Source: Patescibacteria group bacterium (GTDB lineage Bacteria; Patescibacteriota; Microgenomatia; PFEM01; JAHIFH01). From it: DNA of 64,000 nt. The notes beneath the pieces are model-generated. The model did no database searches and was not told the origin of the DNA. It saw only the letters and a list, made by a program, of their open reading frames with translations. A program made the position numbers and the translations under genes. The stretch is from contig DATKWU010000018.1 in the NCBI GenBank assembly GCA_035529375.1, positions 47,956 through 111,955 on the forward strand, given 5' to 3'. Shown here in pieces: positions 38,302 to 48,860 of this stretch (its first letter is position 1; each line of letters starts with the position of its first letter).

Positions 38302-38367
38302 GAGGGGAATAATAACAAAGAGTTTGTTCCTACGCAAGAAATTTGTTAAACTAAGTTAAGGTCAGGA

Positions 38368-40443
38368 ATGAACAAGACAATTTCCCTTTTGCTTAATCGA
38401 ATTATTGAATCAAGTTTTTATCTTCTTTTTTTCCTGGTTCCTTTGATCCTGACTCCCTGGAACTACGAGCTTTTTGAGTTTAATAAAATGATCCTCGCCT
38501 ATCTCCTAACAGTCGTTATTATTGCTGCCTGGATTGTTAAAATGATTACTGAGAAAAAGATTATCTTTCGTCGGACTATCCTTGACCTTCCTTTAATCCT
38601 TTTTCTTGGTTCCCAAATTATGGCTACTATTTATAGTATTGATCGTCATACTTCCCTTTGGGGTTATTACAGCCGCTTCAATGGCGGTCTTTTCCCCACC
38701 ATCAGCTATCTTCTTCTTTACTGGGCCTATGTCAGTAACTTTAATAAAGAAAAAACCCTGACCACCATTCGCTTTACTCTAGCTTCCACTATCCTCGTCT
38801 CTCTTTATGGCCTTGCTGAACATTTTGGTATTGATGCTCAATATTGGGTCCAAGAAGTTCAAATCAGAGTTTTCTCCACTTTTGGCCAGCCTAATTGGTT
38901 AGCCGCCTGGCTAGTGGCACTCTTACCCCTCACCTGGGCAATGATTCTTCTAAAAAAACAATTAATCTTCAAAAAATTTTCTTTTCCTTATTTTGGTTAT
39001 GTCTTAACTACCATCTTTTTCCTTTGTCTTCTTTACACCAAATCCCGCTCTGGCTTGATTGGTTTGGCAGTGGCCTATCTGGTTTTCTGGGGTTTAACTG
39101 GTTTTCTTAACCGTCAAAAGATAAAAGCATTAACTAAACCCTTTATCAGCCTTTCTCTTCTTCTCCTAGTTCTAACCTTCCTGACCGGCACTCCCTGGAC
39201 CCCTCATCTTGGTCAAATCAAAGAAAAAATAAAAGGAACAACTCAAGAAGCAATCATCTCGGCCGAAGCCCAACAACCAGGCTTGCTTATTAGTGAATCT
39301 GGTGATATCCGCAAAATTGTTTGGCAGGGCGCCCTGGAAATCTGGAAAAACCACCCGATTTTAGGCACCGGCGTTGAAACCTTTGGTTACGCTTATTATT
39401 GGTACCGCCCCCGAGCCCATAATGATGTTTCGGAATGGGATTTACTCTACAACAAAGCCCATAATGAATACCTAACTCTTTTAGCCAACACCGGCTTAAT
39501 TGGTCTCTCTACCTACCTAATCTTAATCGGCACTTTTCTTTTCTGGTCTCTCAAACAAATCATCATTCACTTAAAAAAAGCCAAAGAAACCACTCTCTTA
39601 GTGACGGCTCTCCTCGCTGGTTATATCAGTATCCTCATCACCAACTTTTTTGGCTTTTCGGTAGTCCCGATTAGTCTCCTTTTCTTTCTTATTCCGGCCA
39701 TAGCTATCACTCTCGTCAGTCAGTCAGAAAAAGAACCAAAGCCTAAAAAACAAATTATAGAAAGCAAACAATGGGCCGTGATTATCCTCATCTCTCTTCT
39801 CTCTCTAGGAGCCATCATTTATCTCATCAAATTCTGGTATGCTGATACCCGCTTTGCTTTGGCGGAAAAACTTAATGAGGGAGCTAAATATGATCAGGCC
39901 TATAATGAATTGAAAACCGCTATCAGCCTTCATCCCAGTGAACCCTATTACCGCGCCGAAATGGCTCTCTCTCTGGCTGGTCTAGCCGAATTAGCCCAAG
40001 AAGCGGATGACGCCTCGCTTTCCGCCCAACTAGTTGATTTAGCTATTGCTGAATCAGACCAGGCTTTAAAAACCAGTCCCTATCACCTTAACTTCTGGAA
40101 AAAACGGGCCAAGATGTTTATTAGTCTGGCCTTAGCCAATCCTCACTATGAACAGGCAGCCCTTGAAACTCTCCTCAAAGCCACGGACCTCGCTCCAACT
40201 GATGCCAAAATTCAATACAATCTAGCTCTCCTTTATTCTCATCTTGGTCAAAAAGAAACCGCCATTAAAACCCTGGAACACACCATCGAATTAAAACCCA
40301 ACTACGCTGACGTCCGCTACGCCTTAGCTCTTTTTTATGAAGAAAATAAGCAAAGAGAAGAAGCGAGAAAACAATTAAACTATATTCTGGAAAAGATTAA
40401 TCCGGCAGATACCCGAGCCAGCGACAAACTCAAAACCCTTTGA
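38368..40443 (+). CDS. O-antigen ligase (Wzy_C) family membrane protein with C-terminal TPRs
   Basis: STFGQPNWL, TKSRSG, GTGVETF, KAHNEYL; TPR-like repeats. Confidence 0.88.
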   Translation: MNKTISLLLNRIIESSFYLLFFLVPLILTPWNYELFEFNKMILAYLLTVVIIAAWIVKMITEKKIIFRRTILDLPLILFLGSQIMATIYSIDRHTSLWGYYSRFNGGLFPTISYLLLYWAYVSNFNKEKTLTTIRFTLASTILVSLYGLAEHFGIDAQYWVQEVQIRVFSTFGQPNWLAAWLVALLPLTWAMILLKKQLIFKKFSFPYFGYVLTTIFFLCLLYTKSRSGLIGLAVAYLVFWGLTGFLNRQKIKALTKPFISLSLLLLVLTFLTGTPWTPHLGQIKEKIKGTTQEAIISAEAQQPGLLISESGDIRKIVWQGALEIWKNHPILGTGVETFGYAYYWYRPRAHNDVSEWDLLYNKAHNEYLTLLANTGLIGLSTYLILIGTFLFWSLKQIIIHLKKAKETTLLVTALLAGYISILITNFFGFSVVPISLLFFLIPAIAITLVSQSEKEPKPKKQIIESKQWAVIILISLLSLGAIIYLIKFWYADTRFALAEKLNEGAKYDQAYNELKTAISLHPSEPYYRAEMALSLAGLAELAQEADDASLSAQLVDLAIAESDQALKTSPYHLNFWKKRAKMFISLALANPHYEQAALETLLKATDLAPTDAKIQYNLALLYSHLGQKETAIKTLEHTIELKPNYADVRYALALFYEENKQREEARKQLNYILEKINPADTRASDKLKTL

Positions 40444-42788
40444 TGAAAAAAACCCTGCTCGCCAAAACATTAAAGAATAAAAAAGTTGCCTGTTTTACCT
40501 GCCAACGCCGATGCCAAATCTCACCAGACCAATGGGGTTTTTGTCAAACTAGGATTAATAAAAACGGAACCCTCAAATCAGTCATCTATGGCGTCGTTTC
40601 TTCAGTTAACCTTGATCCGATTGAAAAAAAGCCAGTCTTTCATTATAAACCAGGCTCAAATTGTCTTTCTCTTGGGACTTATGGTTGTAATTTCAAATGT
40701 GCTTTTTGTTTTCTTCCTGACACAAATATTGCTACAGAAAAAGGTATTTATAACCTTAAAAAACTTTTTGAACTTAATAAAAAACCGCGTGTTTATAGTC
40801 ATACCGGAAAACTAAGAAAAATTAATAAAGTTTTTCGTCACCGATATGATGGAAAAATTATAACAATAAAACCTTATTACGCCCCTCAAATAGAATGTAC
40901 TCCTTCACACGAATTTTTCGTCACAACTAATTCTCAAGATAATAAAATTCAAAAAATAAAAGCTAAAGATTTAACTAAAAAGCATTATCTGCTAATTCCT
41001 AAAAATTATCCTTTTTCAAAACTGTCCACTTTTGATCTTAACAAGGTTCTTTACTCTTCAATAGGAGAATATAGAAAATCAAGAAAGACTTCATACAACG
41101 ATATCTTAAAAATTCTCGAATTAAGTCAAAATGGAACCACATCTAGAATTATAGGAGATACTTTTAATCTCCATCCCGCGTATGTTAGAACTTTACGTTC
41201 ACGATTGAAAAATAAGAAAATCATTCAGAAAGAGATTGTTTTTGGAAAAAACCTCCTAATAGAAAAAAATGGAGGAATTAAATTTAAGACTGAAAAACAA
41301 CCATCACTTCCTCGTTTTATTGCTCTTGACAAGAATCTTGCTAAACTTCTGGGTTATTATTGCGCAGAAGGATGGGTAGTAAAAAATAAATCACGTCCTA
41401 ATTCATTTCAAATAAGTTTTGCTTTCTCAAAAAAAGAAAGACATTATGCTGAAGAGGTAAAGAAGTTAATTGTAACCATTTTCGGGATCAATCCAAAAAT
41501 CGTGACGCGAGAAACGACAGTCACGGTAGAAATCGGTAAGTCAAGTTTAGCTCTTTTCTTCAAAAATCTTTGTGGTTCGACAGCCTTGAAAAAAAGAGTC
41601 CCAGCAGAAATTAATCAATCCCCAAGAGAAATTATTCAACAATTCCTAGAAGGATATATTAATGGCGATGGTTGGCGAAAACCTGACGAAATAGCAATTA
41701 ATACTGTCTCTCCTACGCTCGCTATTGGAATATATTGGCTGGTCTTAAAACTAGGCTTTTTACCACGATTTTATAAGTGGGAACCATCCATTACTAAAAA
41801 AATCGGTACAAGATTAGTCAAACAATCAACTCTCTATTACGTCAAATGGAAAATTAAAAAACCAACTACTCCTAAAGCTAAAGCTTCGACCAAATATATA
41901 GAAAAAAATGGTTACTATTTCATACCAATAAATAAAATCAATAAAAGAAAGTATCGCGGAGAAGTTTTTAATCTTGAAATTGAAAAAGATCATTCGTATT
42001 TAGCAAACTTTATTGGTGTAGGAAATTGCCAAAATTGGGATATTAGCCATACCAACGGGGCTTCGATTAACCTTGACAACCAAAAACTTCTTTCTCCAAA
42101 AGAAGCTATTAAAATGGCGAAAAAATCAGGCGCTGAAGGAATTGCCTGGACCTACAACGAACCGGCTATCTGGCTAGAATACTCTCTAGATGGCGCCAAA
42201 CTCGCCCAAAAAGAGAAGATTTACACTTGTTGGGTGACTAATGGCTATGCCACTAAAGAAGCGATTGATAAAATTGCTCCCTATCTCAACATTTACCGAG
42301 TTGACCTGAAAAGTTTTGATAATAAGCTCTACAAAAAATTAATTGGTGTCCCCCAAGCCAAAGGGGTTTTCGAAGTCACCAAATACGTTCATAATCAATA
42401 TCCCGAGATTCATCTTGAATGCGTGACCAACATTATCCCCACCTGGAATGATTCAGAAAATAATCTCAAGAAAATAGCTCACTGGATTGTTAAAAACCTG
42501 GGCAAAAAAACTCCCTGGCACGTCACCCGATTCTTTCCCTACGCTGACCTGACCAATGTCCCCCCTACGCCACCAGAAACTCTGCTCAAAGCCAGAAAAA
42601 TAGGGATGAAAGAAGGTTTAGAATTTGTCTATATTGGTAACCTACCAGTTGATGAAGAAGACGATACCTTTTGTCCTAAGTGTCATAACTTAGCCATTAG
42701 AAGAACTGGCTACCGAACCGAAATCCTAGCCGTTGATAAAGACGGTCACTGTTCTGACTGTGGTGAAGATTTGAATATCAGAATGTGA
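40443..42788 (+). CDS. amrS: AmmeMemoRadiSam system radical SAM enzyme, intein-containing
   Basis: C..CQRRC, DPIEKKP, GCNFKCAF|intein|CQNWDIS, TYNEP, VTNGY, WHVTRFFP, C-terminal CPKC/CSDC. Confidence 0.92.
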   Translation: MKKTLLAKTLKNKKVACFTCQRRCQISPDQWGFCQTRINKNGTLKSVIYGVVSSVNLDPIEKKPVFHYKPGSNCLSLGTYGCNFKCAFCFLPDTNIATEKGIYNLKKLFELNKKPRVYSHTGKLRKINKVFRHRYDGKIITIKPYYAPQIECTPSHEFFVTTNSQDNKIQKIKAKDLTKKHYLLIPKNYPFSKLSTFDLNKVLYSSIGEYRKSRKTSYNDILKILELSQNGTTSRIIGDTFNLHPAYVRTLRSRLKNKKIIQKEIVFGKNLLIEKNGGIKFKTEKQPSLPRFIALDKNLAKLLGYYCAEGWVVKNKSRPNSFQISFAFSKKERHYAEEVKKLIVTIFGINPKIVTRETTVTVEIGKSSLALFFKNLCGSTALKKRVPAEINQSPREIIQQFLEGYINGDGWRKPDEIAINTVSPTLAIGIYWLVLKLGFLPRFYKWEPSITKKIGTRLVKQSTLYYVKWKIKKPTTPKAKASTKYIEKNGYYFIPINKINKRKYRGEVFNLEIEKDHSYLANFIGVGNCQNWDISHTNGASINLDNQKLLSPKEAIKMAKKSGAEGIAWTYNEPAIWLEYSLDGAKLAQKEKIYTCWVTNGYATKEAIDKIAPYLNIYRVDLKSFDNKLYKKLIGVPQAKGVFEVTKYVHNQYPEIHLECVTNIIPTWNDSENNLKKIAHWIVKNLGKKTPWHVTRFFPYADLTNVPPTPPETLLKARKIGMKEGLEFVYIGNLPVDEEDDTFCPKCHNLAIRRTGYRTEILAVDKDGHCSDCGEDLNIRM
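40707..42026 (+). mobile_element. intein with LAGLIDADG homing endonuclease (440 aa)
   Basis: Starts CFLPDT, block B CTPSHEF, LLGYYCAEG and FLEGYINGDG, ends VFNLEIEKDHSYLANFIGVGN|C. Confidence 0.93.
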
Positions 42789-42792
42789 TTAG

Positions 42793-43563
42793 TCAGTAGA
42801 AAAAACCTAAGACAAAAACAAACAAAAGAATCCCTAAAATAAGGCCAACAATAATTAAATCACTCTTACCTTTTTTATTTTTCTGCCACTGCCAGAAACT
42901 ATAAATCAAAACAAGGCTGATTAAAACCAAAACTGGCAAAAGAATTTCCCGCAAACCCCGAACCAAACTAAAAAAATTCTTGATTTTAATTTGCGACTCT
43001 AATTCAGTCAAACTCTCAACTGGCTCCTGATTTAAAAAATCAGTCATTTCCTCTTTAAGATTATCTAGATAAAGCTGATCAACTACCAGGGTTTTACCTT
43101 GGTGATTTAAGGTTAAATCCCAATCTTTGTTTCCTTGGCTTAAATTCTGATCAACTAAACCCTCTATCCTTCCCACCCAATCAGGCGAGAAAAAGGCAAT
43201 TGGTCTACCAAAAAACTCTCTCATTGGATACCAGTGTTCTGGGCAAAAAGAATCTTGATAAAGATGAGCCGCCGCCCCTAAAAGATTAATATCTTTCTCT
43301 CCCTCAAAATAATATTTCTTTAAATAGTACTTCGCCATCAAGCGAGGTGGACAATCTGGTTTGTTATCCAAACATAAATGATTAACTTCTCCCAAAGGAT
43401 AAGTTTCTTTAAAATGAACATCATCAGCGATATTACAATTGAGCCCAGTCATGGGCGGACAAAGATAAGCATGAGTCCCTCCTGCCCAGGCAAACACCGA
43501 AGCAGGCAAAAGAAAAGCCAAACCAAACAAAAAAGAAACAAAAAAAACTATTTTCAATTTCAT
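42793..43563 (-). CDS. exported zinc-dependent phospholipase C / S1-P1 nuclease-like protein with C-terminal TM anchors
   Basis: Signal peptide ends VFA|WAGGTH (N-terminal Trp...His ligands); HLYQDSFCPEH. Confidence 0.55.
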   Translation of the reverse strand: MKLKIVFFVSFLFGLAFLLPASVFAWAGGTHAYLCPPMTGLNCNIADDVHFKETYPLGEVNHLCLDNKPDCPPRLMAKYYLKKYYFEGEKDINLLGAAAHLYQDSFCPEHWYPMREFFGRPIAFFSPDWVGRIEGLVDQNLSQGNKDWDLTLNHQGKTLVVDQLYLDNLKEEMTDFLNQEPVESLTELESQIKIKNFFSLVRGLREILLPVLVLISLVLIYSFWQWQKNKKGKSDLIIVGLILGILLFVFVLGFFY

Positions 43564-43577
43564 TTTTAATTAACTAT

Positions 43578-45572
43578 TCAATCTCCCATGGAGCAGTCTT
43601 GGGAGCAACTTTCCTTTGTCTCACCTAAATTCGGTTCACAAAAAGTATTGCCGCAAACCTCCTGACTTCCCGATGGTGAAGATTCTTCTAAAGGAAATCC
43701 CGAAGGGATTTTACTATTTTCTCGAAAATCTTTTAAACCAAAAAACAAAGCTAAAATTAAAAATAAACCAGTCAAAACCGCCAAAGGAATAATGACTTTT
43801 TTACTAATTTTCAAACGACTTTCCTCTGGTTTCCTTAAAAGATTAAACCGAACCAAAGCAAAATAAAAACCCAAAGCCAAAAGGGAAACTAAAGTACCGA
43901 GACCAAAAAAGATGGCCAGGGAAGGTAGTTTATTTTCTTTACCTTCTCTGATATTCGAGTCGACGTCTAACATTGCCCCCTCTGGCTCTGGTTCAATAAT
44001 TTCCTCGCAAGGAAAAACCTTGCCTTCATCCTTGCTAAAACTTTCGAAAAAGTAAACGGAACCGCCTGTCCCCACAGCAATGTATTTGCCGTTACCAGAA
44101 ATATCAATTTCTTCAACATACTCATCAAAACTAACCTCTTTTTTTTCTTGACTATCCTTGAAAAGAAGATGAAGTTTGTTGTCTGTACCGCCAGTGGCTA
44201 GAAAACTACCATCATCAGCAATATCAACCCCACCTAAGGCTGCCTGAACCTGCCAAGAAGCGACCGGCTGATTCGAGTCTTTGGCAAAGATATAGGCGTT
44301 ACCCGCAAAAGTAGTTGCCCCAATATATTCACCACTAGGCGTAAAATTAAGGGCTCTCACCGAACTACCACCGGGCACCGGAAATTGCCAAAGAGGTTTG
44401 GTTGAGTCCTTGGAAAAAAGAAAAACCGCTCCCCGATCTGATTCCGTCCCAAAAGCGACCAACTGACCATCACTGGAAATTTTGGCCCGATGAACCGGTG
44501 AATCCCGAGTCAACATCTCTGATTTCATGATTGGTACATTAGATTCCTTGGAAAAAATATAAGCCCTCCGATCAGGACAGCCCGTGGCTCCAGCAATAAA
44601 ACTACCGTCAGCAGACAAAGAAACATCATGGAAATTACCCGAACTGTGGTATTGCCATAAAGGTTTCTCGCTCTTGTAATCCCAGAGAATTAAAAGATTA
44701 GAATTGAGATTAGCTTCTTCGCCGACAGTTGCCGCCGCCATGTAGCGACCATCCTTAGAAATGGCCACATTATAAGTGTTGCCTATTTGAGCTTGCCAAA
44801 GAGGATTATTACTGGTTTTGTCAAAAAAAAGAACCGAATCACCAATCCCAGCAATTATTCTTGAGCCATCACCAGAGATATCAATCCCGCCTTTGACATC
44901 ACCACCGACTTCACCACCGGTTTGTTCATAAGACCAAATTGGCGCCTTAGGAAAAGCCAGATCAAAAAGATAAATATGGTGGGAAGTTTTAGCGGCTAAA
45001 TACTTGCCGTCATCAGAGAGGGCCACCCCACCGACCCATTCTTTACCGGTTGGATAGCTTAGAACCCTTTCTCCGGTTTGTTGATTAATGACGGCAATTT
45101 CATTCTGATCAAAAGCACTCTCAAACAGAACTGGGCCGTTATCCGGCGAATCAATAATCGAATCCCTAGCCTTACCTAGCCCATTAGAAGCTTCGAAGTA
45201 ATAGAAGTTAGAGCCTAATTTCTTAGGCACAAACTGATAAATATATTTGACTCCTTTTTGGTAATCATTATCTTCAGGATTCTCTTTCTCAATATCAATC
45301 ATCTGACCATTAAAGTAAATTTGAATATATTGAGGCGGCCGACCTTCTTTATCCCGATAAACCACGGAATAGGTGTAACGCTGACAAACCGGTCCCCAAC
45401 TCGGATAAACATGACCATTTAAAAGTTCAGGATCATTAGGGGTAGTCGCTAACTTAGGAATCATCCCTCCAGAAGGAGCATTCATCTTTTCTTCAGCCAA
45501 AGAAAAAGAAGCCAAACAGAAAAAGAAGAGAAAGAGAAAAACAAAAGGCAGCCACTTTTTCATTAACTCCAT
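43578..45572 (-). CDS. exported WD40/PQQ-like beta-propeller membrane protein
   Basis: Repeated (V/I)xISxDGxy(I/L)A...PLWQ units; signal peptide; two C-terminal TMs and CGNxxCE..E..SC..DC tail. Confidence 0.8.
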   Translation of the reverse strand: MELMKKWLPFVFLFLFFFCLASFSLAEEKMNAPSGGMIPKLATTPNDPELLNGHVYPSWGPVCQRYTYSVVYRDKEGRPPQYIQIYFNGQMIDIEKENPEDNDYQKGVKYIYQFVPKKLGSNFYYFEASNGLGKARDSIIDSPDNGPVLFESAFDQNEIAVINQQTGERVLSYPTGKEWVGGVALSDDGKYLAAKTSHHIYLFDLAFPKAPIWSYEQTGGEVGGDVKGGIDISGDGSRIIAGIGDSVLFFDKTSNNPLWQAQIGNTYNVAISKDGRYMAAATVGEEANLNSNLLILWDYKSEKPLWQYHSSGNFHDVSLSADGSFIAGATGCPDRRAYIFSKESNVPIMKSEMLTRDSPVHRAKISSDGQLVAFGTESDRGAVFLFSKDSTKPLWQFPVPGGSSVRALNFTPSGEYIGATTFAGNAYIFAKDSNQPVASWQVQAALGGVDIADDGSFLATGGTDNKLHLLFKDSQEKKEVSFDEYVEEIDISGNGKYIAVGTGGSVYFFESFSKDEGKVFPCEEIIEPEPEGAMLDVDSNIREGKENKLPSLAIFFGLGTLVSLLALGFYFALVRFNLLRKPEESRLKISKKVIIPLAVLTGLFLILALFFGLKDFRENSKIPSGFPLEESSPSGSQEVCGNTFCEPNLGETKESCSQDCSMGD

Positions 45573-45705
45573 TATTGATTTTTAGAAAATAAGTGTCAAT
45601 CCTTGCTTGACACTAGATTTCAAAAAAGAATAAAGTCAAAATATAATGTCGTAGTTAAGAAAAAGATAAAGAAGAATCTCTAAAATATCTATTCATTAAT
45701 AAATA

Positions 45706-46575
45706 ATGGAAAAAGTCATTACCCCTTCAGTTCTTTTTGGCCTCTTAGCCATGTTTGGCTGGGGCACGGGCAGTTTTGTAGTCGCCTCTTTAACTAAAAA
45801 GTTTGGCGTTTTTAAAGTCGGTTTTTTAATCCAAATCCTAGCTTTTTTTCCTACCCTTCTCCTCCTCCCAATCATTAAAGAAGAATTAATTCTTAATCAA
45901 ACTTGGTTTTACCTTAGTTTAATTGCTCTGATTGGCAGTCTCGCTTATATCTCCATTCTCAAGAGTTACGAACAAGGGATTATTTCCATTGTTGTCCCCT
46001 TAAGTTCTGTTTGGGCCATTATTACAGCCATCCTCAGTTTTATCTTTTTAAAAGAAAGCGTAGTTCCCATTAAAATAATCGGCATGAGTATTGCCATTAT
46101 TGGCATTATTCTCATTTCCACTGACTTTAGAAAAGTCCTTAAAGAAAAAAAGATTAAAATTTATAAAGGGGTTAAATGGGCCAGTCTAGCCGCTCTGGCC
46201 TGGGGAGTGGAAATGTTTCTCCTCGCTTTTTTCTCAAGAAAATTAGGCTGGTACACAGCCAATCTTGGTCTCCGATTCTGGAACCTGGTTATCTTTTTCC
46301 TCTTAGCTGTTTTAATTAAACAAAAAATTCCTCTTCTCTTTAAAAAAATCCCTAGATTAATCTGGCTGGCTATTTTAATTGATGTTTTTACTCTCACCAC
46401 CTATAACCTAGGCTTAGTTAGAGGTGAACCAGGTGTGGTTTCAGTGATTGCCAGCACCAGCCCTCTAATCACGATTATTCTCGCCACCCTTTTCTTCAAA
46501 GAAAAAATAGAACTAATCCAAAAAATAGGCATCTTCTTGATTCTCGCTGGTATTGCTAGTTTGTCTTTGGTTTAG
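45706..46575 (+). CDS. EamA/DMT family transporter
   Basis: About 10 TMs in two repeats (FLKE / FFKE). Confidence 0.85.
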   Translation: MEKVITPSVLFGLLAMFGWGTGSFVVASLTKKFGVFKVGFLIQILAFFPTLLLLPIIKEELILNQTWFYLSLIALIGSLAYISILKSYEQGIISIVVPLSSVWAIITAILSFIFLKESVVPIKIIGMSIAIIGIILISTDFRKVLKEKKIKIYKGVKWASLAALAWGVEMFLLAFFSRKLGWYTANLGLRFWNLVIFFLLAVLIKQKIPLLFKKIPRLIWLAILIDVFTLTTYNLGLVRGEPGVVSVIASTSPLITIILATLFFKEKIELIQKIGIFLILAGIASLSLV

Positions 46576-46629
46576 AAGTTAAAATAAGAGTTTTAATTGA
46601 GTTAATAAATTACCTATAATCAGTTGGTT

Positions 46630-47151
46630 ATGAACGAAAGTCAGGAATTAAATATTCAAATAGTCAGAGATCTTCAAGAAGTAATTAGAGAGGGTGGTTT
46701 AATTGACAAAACTGTTTCTGAAGAAGAAGCAAGAGAATTCCTGCCTCAACTTCTTCTTACTGGAGAACAAATGGGAATTTCGGCACCTGAATTAGGCTCA
46801 GCCATGCAAATAACCGAGGCTGGTATTTTAAAGATTGATGAAGCTAGAATCCAAGCCAATCATCCCCAATTCCAAGGGGTAATCAAAATTTCAGGTGAAT
46901 TTTACAATATTAGAGGAACACCAAAAGGTATTCTTGCTCAAAGAAATCTTAAAGTAGAAACAGAAGGAACTGGAGTTAAAGCAGCTTTGGTCAAAAGCAT
47001 GGTAAAAATAAAATTGGCTGAACCTCACAAAACAATTGTCACCACACTAAGAGAACAGGCAAGAAAGCAAAACCATGAATTAAAACAATTTGGAATTTGG
47101 ATTCAGGGTGGTGAAGAGAAAAGCCTCAGAATTCTTCTTGAAGTTACTTAA
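46630..47151 (+). CDS. hypothetical protein
   Basis: ORF with TATAAT just upstream. Confidence 0.5.
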   Translation: MNESQELNIQIVRDLQEVIREGGLIDKTVSEEEAREFLPQLLLTGEQMGISAPELGSAMQITEAGILKIDEARIQANHPQFQGVIKISGEFYNIRGTPKGILAQRNLKVETEGTGVKAALVKSMVKIKLAEPHKTIVTTLREQARKQNHELKQFGIWIQGGEEKSLRILLEVT

Positions 47152-47160
47152 TCAAAAAAC

Positions 47161-47520
47161 TCAAATTTTTGGATCCTCATGGCCAAAGATATCACGATAT
47201 TTATCATCCAGGTCTCTTGACCAACCAAAACTTGATCTAGCTACTTCTGGCGAATCCGCTCCCGAAGTAATTCTCTTCCCTCCCACCTTTTCCATTTCTG
47301 CAACAAATTTTTTGGCTCCTTTTTCACTAGCAGCTGCAACAGAAAACACATCACCTCCAGGAATAATTTCACCTTCATTAACCACTACTCTCGAATCATC
47401 ACCTTCACCAGCTGTATAAAACAAAAGTCTATCTCCTTGCGCTAAAGCCATACCTGGTTCTCCGCCTGCAGCAATATTTTTAATTACTTCTGGTGGTTCG
47501 GGAATTTCTCCTTCTTTCAT
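47161..47520 (-). CDS. hypothetical protein
   Basis: AAGGAG upstream; 119 aa. Confidence 0.5.
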   Translation of the reverse strand: MKEGEIPEPPEVIKNIAAGGEPGMALAQGDRLLFYTAGEGDDSRVVVNEGEIIPGGDVFSVAAASEKGAKKFVAEMEKVGGKRITSGADSPEVARSSFGWSRDLDDKYRDIFGHEDPKI

Positions 47521-47577
47521 ACTTCAATTACAACTCCTTTAAATTGAAGACGAGTCTAACAAACCAAAATGAAAAAA

Positions 47578-48831
47578 TCAAGCAAAAACCTTTTCTTCTT
47601 TCACCTTTGTCAAAAGAAAAAGACCAATGATCATTAAGAAAACCAAACCAAAACCCGCCACTCGATATTTCAAAATCCCATGCTCTCTTAACATCAGAGT
47701 AATTACACCCCAAGTCAAAGGGCCAACAATTGAAGCAAACCTCTCAAAAGTAGAATAAAAACCAAAATATTCACCTAATTGTGACCTAGGAGAGATTTTG
47801 ACTAACAAGGCTCGGAAAAGAGTGTAAAAACCACCCCAACCAATACCCGCAAAAACAGCAAAGAGATAAAGAATCCTGGGGTCAGAAGCCACAAAACAAA
47901 GAGCAAAAATTAAAATCAAATCAAAACAAACCAAAACCAAGAGTCTTTTAGTTCCATATTTATCCGCCAACCTTCCTAAAACATAGGCAGCCGGAACCGC
48001 AATTAAAAACATCATCCCCAAGATCTGAACCTTAACTGGATCAGAAACTTTAAAAATCTGATCCATTAAAATGGCAAAATAGAGCTCACCTGTCTGAATA
48101 GCATCAGAGATAAAGAAAAAGGCTAAAAGAAAAAGAGTCACATTCCGATTCTTTTTTAACAAATCCTTTAAACCCTGAATCGTCTTATTATAAATATCCT
48201 TAAAACTAATCTTTTCCTTTATCTCTTTCACTCTAGGTTCTCGAAACCAAAGTAACATTGGCCAGGCTAATAAAGCAAACAAAATTACGCCTGGTAAAAA
48301 AACCTGGGTTCGGCCAGGTTGACCAAATAAAGTAATTTTCCCTTCATTAAAAGGCAAAAGCAGAGCCACACCCACAATCCAACCAAAAGAACCCACGGCA
48401 CTGCCTAATCCTGAAATCTTGCCCCGACTCTTAGAAGTTGATAATTTATCAAGGAGACTATTGTAAAAAATCAAACTTATCTGATAAACATATTGAATAA
48501 CCAAGAAAAAAGCCAAAGCCATCATTACCCGAAAAAGTACAGAAAATTGAGAGTTGACCGTAAAACTCAATAAAAACCCAAAAACAATCAAAACAATGGT
48601 CATCCAACTAATAAAGGGTTTTCTCCGACCAAGTTTATCTGACCAAGCTCCCCAAAAAGGTGAAGTTAAAAGAAGTAAAAGAGTCGCTAAAGTAAAAGTC
48701 CCACCATACCAAATATCATCAAAACCATTATCAATCACAATCCACTGACCTAAATAAAGCCCAGTCACGGCCGCCATTAAAAAAGAATTGGCCGCATCAT
48801 AAAGAAGCCAAACAGAAAGATTTCTTTTCAC
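47578..48831 (-). CDS. MFS transporter (Atg22-like)
   Basis: WLLYDAANS, GAWSDKLGRRK, GEYFGFY; about 12 TMs. Confidence 0.88.
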   Translation of the reverse strand: MKRNLSVWLLYDAANSFLMAAVTGLYLGQWIVIDNGFDDIWYGGTFTLATLLLLLTSPFWGAWSDKLGRRKPFISWMTIVLIVFGFLLSFTVNSQFSVLFRVMMALAFFLVIQYVYQISLIFYNSLLDKLSTSKSRGKISGLGSAVGSFGWIVGVALLLPFNEGKITLFGQPGRTQVFLPGVILFALLAWPMLLWFREPRVKEIKEKISFKDIYNKTIQGLKDLLKKNRNVTLFLLAFFFISDAIQTGELYFAILMDQIFKVSDPVKVQILGMMFLIAVPAAYVLGRLADKYGTKRLLVLVCFDLILIFALCFVASDPRILYLFAVFAGIGWGGFYTLFRALLVKISPRSQLGEYFGFYSTFERFASIVGPLTWGVITLMLREHGILKYRVAGFGLVFLMIIGLFLLTKVKEEKVFA

Positions 48832-48860
48832 AACCCAATTTTAACATAGAAAAAGAAGAT

